64,000 nt of DNA from the NCBI GenBank assembly GCA_963719755.1, contig CAVRDA010000006.1:17309-81308 (forward strand), in the 5' to 3' direction. The position numbers and the translations under genes were made by a program. The notes under the pieces are model-generated. The model did no database searches. It saw nothing but the letters and a program-made list of their open reading frames with translations, and had not been told where the DNA came from. The stretch comes from Vicinamibacteria bacterium. GTDB taxonomy: Bacteria > Acidobacteriota > Vicinamibacteria > Vicinamibacterales > JAENWD01. Shown piece by piece: positions 55,880 to 64,000 of the stretch (the first letter of the stretch is position 1; each line of letters opens with the position of its first letter).

Positions 55880-58075
55880 TGATAGCCTCCGGCAGAATCG
55901 GCAGATTCGGGGAAGAGCAGACCCGTCGCGTGGAAGATTGCCGCGGCGACGGCCGGAGCCGGCACGTCCATCGGCAATTCGCCGACGCCCTTGGCGCCCC
56001 ACGGTCCGCGCGGGTACGGCCGCTCGACGACCGTGACGTCCATCGGCGGCACGTCGAGCGAGGTCGGAATGATGTAGTTCGTGAGCTCGGCGTTCCGCAT
56101 CACGCCATCACGGACGATGACGTGCTCGAGCAGCGCGAATCCGAGGCCCTGTGCGATGCCGCCGATGATCTGGCCTTCGACCAGCAGCGGGTTGATCGCC
56201 TTGCCGACGTCGATGGCCGTCGTGACCTTGCGGACCGTGACCTCGAAGGTCTGCTTGTCGATCTCCAGGTCGACCGCGGCGGCCCCGTAGCCGTAGACGG
56301 CGTACGCATCGCCTCGGTATGCCTCTTCATCCCAGTTCACTTCGGGCGGCTTCTGATAGTCCTCGTCCTCGCGGATCGACGACTGCGATCCACAGAGCCG
56401 GCTGGCGGCGCGGGCGAATGCGGCGCGGCCGGCCGGCACGCGCCCTTCGGCGCCGATGATGCGGCGCCGCAGCCGCATCGCCGCGCGTTGCAGGAGGCCG
56501 CCGACGACCATGCACGTGCGGCTGGCGACGGTGGGCCCGCTGTCGGGCACCTTCCACGTGTCGGGCACCTCGACCGTCACCCAGTCGACGGGCACCTCCA
56601 TCGCGTCCGCGTGATCTGCGCCAGCATCGTCGTGGTGCCCTGGCCGATTTCAGTCGACGCCGCCAGCGCCGTGATCGAGCCGTCGCATCCGAGGACGACT
56701 GACGCGCGGCTGGCGAGCATCACCTCGCCCCGGCCGGTGAACCCGGAGCCGTGATGGACGACGGCCACGCCGAGGCCCTTCCAGATCGGCTGGCGATCGT
56801 CGCGATTGAACCGGTCGTACTCGCGCCGCCGGCGGCGGTAGCCGGAGCGCAGCACGCAGCGATCCAGCACGTCGCGCGCGCCGACGCTTGGCCCGAGCAC
56901 CTGGCCGGTGGCGAGCACCGAGCCCTTCCGCACCAGATTCCGCTGCCGCAGGGTGACGCCGTCCACGCCGAGGGCCGCGGCGATCCTGTCCATCTGCAGT
57001 TCGGCGGCGAACAGCGTCTGCGGCGCGCCAAAACCTCTGAAGGCGCCATTCGGCGGTGTGTTGGTGGCCACGGCGCGCGCCCGCACCCGCACGTTGGGGC
57101 ACGTGTAGGGTCCGGTGGCGTGCAGCGCGCCGCGCGACAGCACGACCGGCGAGAGCGTCACGTAGGCGCCGCCATCCATCACGATGTCGATGTCCTGGGC
57201 GACCAGCGTGCCGTCGCGGCGGACGCCCGTGCGGTGCCGCACACGTGCGGGATGCCGCTTGGTCGTCGCCAGCATGTCTTCGTGACGGTCGTAGACGATC
57301 TTCACCGGCTGCCCGGCCTTGCGCGCCAGCAGCGCGGCATGCCCGGCGATGACGTTCGGGTACTCCTCCTTGCCGCCGAAGCCGCCGCCGGTGGCGGTCT
57401 GAATGACGCGAATCCGATCGTCGCCGAGCACCGAACAGCCCCTTCAGCGCCTTGTGCACGTAGTAGGGGCACTGCATCGAGCCGGTGACGACGAGCGTCC
57501 CGTCGGCGTCGACCCACGCGGCAATGCCGTTGTTCTCGATGTAGGCGTGTTCCTGGTGTGGAAGCTGGCAGGAGCCTTCGACGACGACGTCGGACTCGGC
57601 GAAGCCGCGATCGAGATTGCCGCGCGCGATTCTCGATGTCCTTGAAGACGTTGTCGGGGCCGTACAGCCGCGTCCGGGCCGCCAGCGACTCGTCGATGGT
57701 CAACACCGGTAGCTCGGGCGCGTAGACGACGGTGATGTGACCGAGCGCCTCGTACGCCCGCGCCCGGTCGCGATGCGCGACGAGCGCGATCGGCTCCATC
57801 TGGTGCATCACCCGGGTGTCGGCCAGCAGCGGCTGGTCGTCGGCAATGAGCGCCACGCGGTTGCGCGGCACGTCGCGCGCCGTGACGACGACGAAGTCGT
57901 CCCAGGGAAAGGCGGGATCGAACGTGACGGCGCGGATCGCGCCGTGCGGAATCGTGGACCGCAGGGTCACGCCGAACAGGCAGCCCGGAATCGGGATGTC
58001 GTCCACGTAGAGCGCGCGGCCCGTCAGCTTGCCGGGCCCCTCGCGCCGCTGTACTGAGCGGCCCCTGGCTGGCAT
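55880..58075 (-). CDS. Xanthine dehydrogenase/CoxL-family molybdopterin-binding subunit (several frameshifts)
   Basis: KLTG..YVDD, GGGFGGK, AFRGFGAPQ, EIGQG, TVASR, GQIIGG, GAKGVGE. Confidence 0.88.
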
Positions 58076-58111
58076 GGGGCCCATAGTAGCGCCCCTCTGC
58101 CCCCTACGCCG

Positions 58112-58270
58112 CTATGGCGTCACGTCCTTCCATCTCGTCGACGAGGCCGACCAGTTGTCGGTGCTGCCCAGATCACCGCGTTGCCGTTCGCGGTGCCGAT
58201 GGCGTCGCTGCCCCAGATGACTGCGCTGCCTCAGATGACTGTCGGGTTCAGGCGAGCGACTGCCGTCGAT
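58112..58270 (-). pseudogene. Remnant of a (V/I)WG-repeat C-terminal tail, as seen on some S8 proteases
   Basis: Reads NPTVI*GSAVIWGSDAIGTANGNAVIW(G)STDNWSASSTRWKDVTP with a TGG>TGA change and an indel. No upstream catalytic domain. Confidence 0.45.
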
Positions 58271-58382
58271 TTCCGCCCACGGCCGCGGCGACCAGGCCAG
58301 CCACGGCAGGCCGGCCAAGCGCAACCGTGGAGGCGGACGGCCGCCCGAACATCGGGGCGGACGGTGCCGCTATAATCCGCGC

Positions 58383-59660
58383 GTGATGCGCACCGCTGGA
58401 CTCACGTCCTGGCTCGTGGTCGTCGTCCTCGCCGGCGTGTCGTCGCAGCCGGCGGCCAGGTACGACCTGCTGCTGCGCGGCGGACACGTCATCGATGCGC
58501 GCAATGGCATCAACGGCGTCCGCGACGTCGCGATTGCCGGCGGCAAGATCGCCGCCGTCGAGGCGTGGATCGATCCGGGCGACCGCGACCCGCACAGTCG
58601 ACGCGCCGGCCTGTACGTCACGCCGGGCCTGATTGACATCCACGTGCACGTCTACACCGGCACCGGCGAGCGGCGGTCGTACGCCGGCGACAACAGCGTC
58701 TATCCCGACGGCTTCACGTTCCGCGCCGGCGTCACGACCGTCGTCGACGCGGGCAGCTCCGGCTGGCGGAACTTCGACGACTTCAAGCAGCGGGTCATCG
58801 ACCGGTCGCGGACCAGGGTGCTCGCGTTCCTCAACATCGTCGGCCAGGGGATGCGCGGCGGCGCCTTCGAGCAGGACCTCGCCGACATGGAGGCGCAGCC
58901 GACCGCCGACATGGCGAAGAAGCACAGGGGGTCATCGTCGGCATCAAGACAGCCCATACGGCGGCCCGGAGTGGGCGCCAGTCGAACGCGCGGTCGAGGC
59001 GGGCACGCGGCGGACGTGCCCGTGATGGTCGACTTCGGCAAGGACTACCCGGAGCGGCCGATCGAGGAGCTGGTCACGCGCAAGCTGCGTCCGGGCGACA
59101 TCTACACTCACATGTACTCGGGGCTGCGCCGGGAGCTCGACCGGCCGGGCCACCTGAACCCGGCGCTCCTCCAGGGACGCGCGCGCGGCGTGATCTTCGA
59201 CGTCGGTCATGGCGGCGGCAGCTTCCCCTGGAGGGTAGCCGTGCCGGCGGTGAAGGCGGGCTTCCTGCCCGACTCGATCTCGACCGACCTGCACATCGGC
59301 AGCATGAACGCCGGCATGAAGGACATGCTGAACGTGATGGGCAAGTTCCTCGCGCTCGGCGTCCCCATCGATCAGGTGGTGAAGCAGGTCGACGTGAATC
59401 CGGCGCGCGAAATCAAGCAGGAGGCGCTGGGCCACCTCTCGTCCCGGCGCGTCGCCGATGTCGCCGTGCTGCGCGTCGAGCGCGGGCGCTTCGGCTTCAT
59501 CGACATGTACGGCGCGCGGCTCAACGCCGACCAGCGGCTGGTGTGCGAGCTGACGCTGCGCGAGGGCCGCGTGGCCTCGACCTGAACGGCCTTGCATCGA
59601 CCGACTGGACGCGAACTGCCGAGCGACTACACCGCCGCCACCGCGGCCGCTCCACGATGA
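58383..59660 (+). CDS. Amidohydrolase / dihydroorotase-like metallohydrolase (frameshifts)
   Basis: PGLIDIHVH, GVTTVVDAGS, LRPGDIYTH, FDVGHGGGSF, SISTDLH. Confidence 0.85.
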
Positions 59661-59755
59661 GATGAGCCTGCTGTCTTCCAGACTTCGGGCCCTCGACGGT
59701 CGGCGCAGGCGGCAATGCCGACCCGGTGCCTACCGCCCGCGGAAGGAGGACGCCA

Positions 59756-61123
59756 ATGACAGTCAGCCGACGGCAGTTCGGCAAGACGGCCGCGGCCGCC
59801 TGGCTGGCGACGGCCGTCGGGACGCGGCCGCGTGCTCGGCGCGAACGATCGCGTGCGCCTCGGGTTCATCGGCCTCGGCAACCGCGGCGACCAGGTGCTC
59901 GACGCGTTCCTCGCGCACAAGGACGCCGAGATCGTCGGCGCTCTGCGACATCCACGAGCCGTACGTGGACTTCGCCGCGACGAAGACCGGCGGCCACGCC
60001 GGCGCGGTACAGCGACTACCGCCAACTGCTCGAGACGAACGGACATCGACGCGGTCGTCATCAACACGCCCGACCACTGGCACGCGCTGCAGATGATCCA
60101 CGCCTGCGAGGCGGGCAAGGACGTCTACGTCGAGAAGCCGCTCTCGCTCGTCGTGCGCGAGGGCCGCGCGATGGTCGACGCGGCGCGCCGGCACAAGCGC
60201 GTGGTGCAGGTCGGCATCCACCGGCGGTCGGCGGCGTTCGTGAAGGAGGCGGCCGAGCTCGTGCGCGGCGGCGCGATCGGCAAGGTCACGGTCGCGCGCG
60301 CGTTCCACGTGCAGAACGAGTGGCCGAAGGGCATCGGCGCGCCGCCGGATGGCCGAGCCGCCGGCCGACTTCGACTGGGACGCCTGGCTCGGCCCGGCGC
60401 CGAAGCGCGCGTTACAACAAGAACCGCACCTTCTACCGCTTCCGCTGGTTCTACGACTACTCGGGCGGGCAGCTCACCAACTTCGGCGTGCACTACATCG
60501 ACGCGATCCACTGGGCGCTCGGCCACGACGCGCCGCTGGCCGTCACCGCGATGGGCGGCAAGTTCGCCGTCAACGACAACCGCGAGATGCCCGACACGCT
60601 CGAGGTGCTGTGGACGCTACCCGGGCGACACGCTCGTGACCTTCTCGCAGTACAACGCGACGCGGCGCCGGCCGCGCGCGACCGCCGCGTCGAGATCGAG
60701 TTCCGCGGCACGAAGGGCACGCTGTATCTGTTCAGCGACGGCTACGAGATCGTGCCCGACGAGATCACGCCGAACGAGTTCCCGGCGCGGACGCCGCGTC
60801 GATCGGCAGGTACGAGCGCGGCTACCGCGACGGGCGCGAAGCCGCAGATCGAGCCGGTGAAGCGGACCGGCGGCGACGCCGACACCGCGCACCACGCGCG
60901 CAACTTCCTCGACTGCGTCAAGAGCCGCGCCGCGTGCAACTGCGACATCGAGACCGGGCCACCGCAGCACGTCGGCGACGCTCATCGCGCAACATCGCGC
61001 ACAAGATCGCAGCGCGTACCTCGAGTGGGACCGCGAGCGCCGAGCGGTTCACGAACAACGCGGAGGCGAACAAGCTGCTGACGCTATCGCTACCGGGCGC
61101 CGCACAAGGAGCCGTGGACGTAG
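59756..61123 (+). CDS. Gfo/Idh/MocA oxidoreductase with Tat signal (many frameshifts)
   Basis: [54 protein letters not shown]. Confidence 0.85.
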
Positions 61124-61159
61124 CGGATGCGCTCACGCGTAGTGAGGCGTGTCCGTTCC

Positions 61160-62030
61160 CTACTGTCTCAGGCGCTTCAGCAGCGCGCCGGATGAACGCG
61201 AGGTCGCGGGCGGCGGCCTCCAGCGTGTGCGGCGTGCCTCTTCGGGCAGCTCGTATTCGAGGTGCAGCGAGATCGGGCCGGCGAACCGCGCCTCGCGCAG
61301 CGTGGCGGCGACGAAGCCCAGTCGACCAGGCCGTCGCCGAGCGGGCAGTTGTCGATCTGCCAGCCCTTCGCCGTCTTCGCCCACAGGCAGTCCTTCACCG
61401 CCAGCATCTTCAGCCGAGGCGCGACGAGACGCGACGGCGGCTTTCCACGCGCCGCCGCCGCCCTCGGCCACGGCGTGCCGCGGATCGAAGTAGTAGCCCG
61501 CCCAGCGGCATCGAGTGCGGTCCATGGCCGGGGCGATGTCCCACAATGCGCGCGCCGATGTAGCCGGCGTGGTTGTGGAAGCCCATCTCGATCCCACAGT
61601 CGCGGGCAGCGCCGCCAAATCTTCGAGCGCGGCTCCAGCGGCCGCGACCTGCGCCTGCACGTCCGGCGTCGTTCTGTAGCGCCAATACCCGTCTTGAAAT
61701 AGCGGACGCCGCTTCTCGCCGCGGCGGTGAGCAGCGGCCTCGCGAGCGGGCGATGCGCGGATGTCAGGTCGGTCGTGATCATCGGGACCGTCAGGCCAGG
61801 CGCCGGATGGCGTCGATTGCGCGGGCAGGTCGTCGGCGGCGCGCTCCGGCAGCACGTGCCGCCCGGCCTGCACGGTCAGATGGATGCCGTCGAAGCCGGC
61901 GTCCTTCGCTGCGCGGCCGAGGTCGCTCCAGGCGAGTTCGGGCAGGTGCTTCGAGAAGAGGCAGAACGTGCGCGCGGCCGGGGAGGGCCGCGGCGCCGGT
62001 CTGAGCGCGAGTCCCGGCACGGGCGCGCAT
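61160..62030 (-). CDS. Sugar phosphate isomerase/epimerase (TIM barrel; many frameshifts)
   Basis: CLFSKHL, GFDGI.LTV, GFHNH, YFDPRHAVAEGG, VKD, GPISLHLEY. Confidence 0.78.
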
Positions 62031-62036
62031 CGATCC

Positions 62037-63628
62037 TCAGTGCCCCCTGCAGCGCGACTCCGCCTTGCCCAGCTGCATCCACTCTCGCCGGGTCACCAGT
62101 GGCACTCGCCCGTTGCCTCGCCGGCACAGCGCCGAGACCCGGACCCGTAAGCTGGCCTGTCTGCATACGCCGTCGCGAATGGTGAACAGCCCGGGAATCG
62201 TGCCTCCCATGGCGGCGTTGGCGCTCGGCACGAACTGGCGTGCGTTGGCCTCGATCCCGGCGTTGCCCGGCACGCGCGCGGCGATGCCCGCCGAGTGGAT
62301 CAGCGAGGCGCCGGGACACGTCAGATCCTGCACACACAGAAACATGCCGAACTTCTGCGCGGCGGCCGCCATGAGCATCGCGTGGCTCTGCCCCTTGCAG
62401 GCCTTGAGCGCGACGCCCGTGTAGCCCATCTCGCGCGCCAGCAGCAGCGACTCGAGATCGGTCAGCGACTCGTCGACGACCACCGGGCCGAACTGGCGGC
62501 CTCGTGCATGACGTTGCCGCGATGCCCTTCGAGATCACGCGCCGTCGGCTGCTCGATGTAGAGGATCCGGTCGAAGCCCGGCGGCGTCGCCTCGCGCACG
62601 CGCCGGCAGCAAGCGAGCAGGTACGCGACGTTCGGACAGCCTTCGTTGAAGTCGAGCAGGTACTTCCAGTCCTTCGACGCCGCTGGACCGCTGCACCCGC
62701 GTGACAGCGATCGATGCGCACGATGCGCTCGAAGTCGGCGTCCTGTTGCCGCCGTTCAGCTTGATCTTGAACGGAGAGGCCGTCGCGCGCGATCCACTCC
62801 TCGAAGCGTGTTCGGCAGGCCATCGTCGATCCGCGCTGCGCACGTCGGCCGCCTCGAGCGGATCGCTCGCGCCCACGGAATGGAACACAGGCGTCCGCGC
62901 CCGGGGCGCCGATCGGGACATAGCGATCGAGGTACTCGCCTTAAATGCCGCGCCGAGGTCGTGGCGAGAGATCGCGGCGCATGAACCGCGGGCCGTAGGT
63001 CTCGTAGCAGCTGACGCCGAACGCCTTGCCATAGGCGTCGTGAATGCGCGGCATCGAAGGCGCTCGCCACGACGAGCGTGCAGAGCTTCGGGATCGGCGT
63101 CGCCAGCGCGCGACGCGCGACACCGCTCGGCGGCGCGGAGGTACTGCGGCTCGAGCGCGCGGAACAGGTCGATCGGATGGCCGGTCTCGTCGCAGGCCGC
63201 GGTCTGTGCACGCAGCTCGGTGCGAGCGCGCGCATCGCGCCAAGCCCATCGTCCTGCGACGCCGCGGGGAAGGCCCAGGCGTTGCCGAGCGTCATCGAGC
63301 CGAATCCCCAGGCCTCGCGGCCGTCACCCGTCCGGACACGGCAGTTGACGTTCAGGAGCGTGACGCGGTCCACCGTGCGCCCGCCGAACTGATAGGCGCG
63401 GCGGTAGCGGAACTCCTCGAAACGATGACGATCGACCCGACGACGCGGATATCGGTTGGGCGAGAAGCGCGCGAATGGCGGGGGCAGCGGTGTGAGCTGA
63501 ACGAACGTCCTCCCAACGTACCTGCGCACACACCGCGAAAGGAGCGCGCGCCGCGAGATGCGGATTGGTCGCCCTGCCGGCCCGTCCACGCATGCGCGGA
63601 ATACTGACACACGCCTCGGACACGGCAA
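62037..63628 (-). CDS. Mandelate racemase/muconate lactonizing enzyme family protein (many frameshifts; start uncertain)
   Basis: [63 protein letters not shown]. Confidence 0.78.
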
Positions 63629-63684
63629 GCGTCGGCCGCGTGCCCCCGCGGCGCCAATCAGGTATCCTGCGCGTCACCGTCTGG

Positions 63685-64000
63685 ATGACTCAGGCGCGTG
63701 CACTCGCGATAGTCGCAGCCCTGCTGGTGACCGGGTTCCGGCCGCCGGCCGCCGCCCGATTCGAGCCGGTCAGGGCGGAGGCCAGCCGCAGTCGATGGGC
63801 TGCCTCTGACATCGTCGCGTTCGGGCCGGACCGTGGCGTCGTCTCGACAGCCGCCGAACAGGCGCTCGACGAGGTGGATCGCATCGATCGGCTCATGAGC
63901 CACTACAGGCCCGACAGTCCTCTCTCGCGGCTCAACCGCAGGCGGCCAGCACGCCCGTGCGCCGTCGATGCCGAGCTCTTCGACTTCATCGCCGAATCGA
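63685..64000 (+). CDS. apbE: FAD:protein FMN transferase (3' partial, frameshifted)
   Basis: SMGC..DI, ALDEVDRIDRLMSHYRPDSPLSRLN, VDAELFDFI. Confidence 0.75.
   Translation, partial: MTQARALAIVAALLVTGFRPPAAARFEPVRAEASRSRWAASDIVAFGPDRGVVSTAAEQALDEVDRIDRLMSHYRPDSPLSRLNRRRPARPCAVDAELFDFIAES

Overview
This is a high-GC bacterial chromosomal segment, most likely from Acidobacteriota (Vicinamibacteria-like), judged from the PadR plus ADOP permeases, the rpoD form and many Tat-exported Gfo/Idh/MocA enzymes. It has many single-base frameshifts, including in genes that are normally intact (lepA, mutS2, glgA), and they get denser after about 53 kb. I read these as long-read indel errors, not pseudogenes. 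Content is mostly housekeeping, envelope and metabolic: glgA, two tandem mreB, lepA-lepB, citrate synthase, larB, an L,D-transpeptidase, mutS2-dnaG-rpoD and a molybdo-flavoenzyme trio. I saw no rRNA, tRNA, CRISPR array or transposase. Most notable points: (1) a hidden selenoprotein (DUF3179, in-frame TGA giving a UxxC motif) with an fdhF-like SECIS hairpin; (2) two tandem divergent MreB paralogs without mreCD, behind a sigma54-type promoter, with a similar promoter before the L,D-transpeptidase; (3) a BlaI/BlaR1-like pair whose sensor is nine 29-aa 'RDHGVTPE' repeats, with readable operator palindromes; (4) about 20 intergenic 7-8-nt tandem-repeat cassettes of varying sequence, some as MITE-like inverted pairs; (5) a REP-like hairpin family with covarying stems; (6) frequent leaderless-type promoters.
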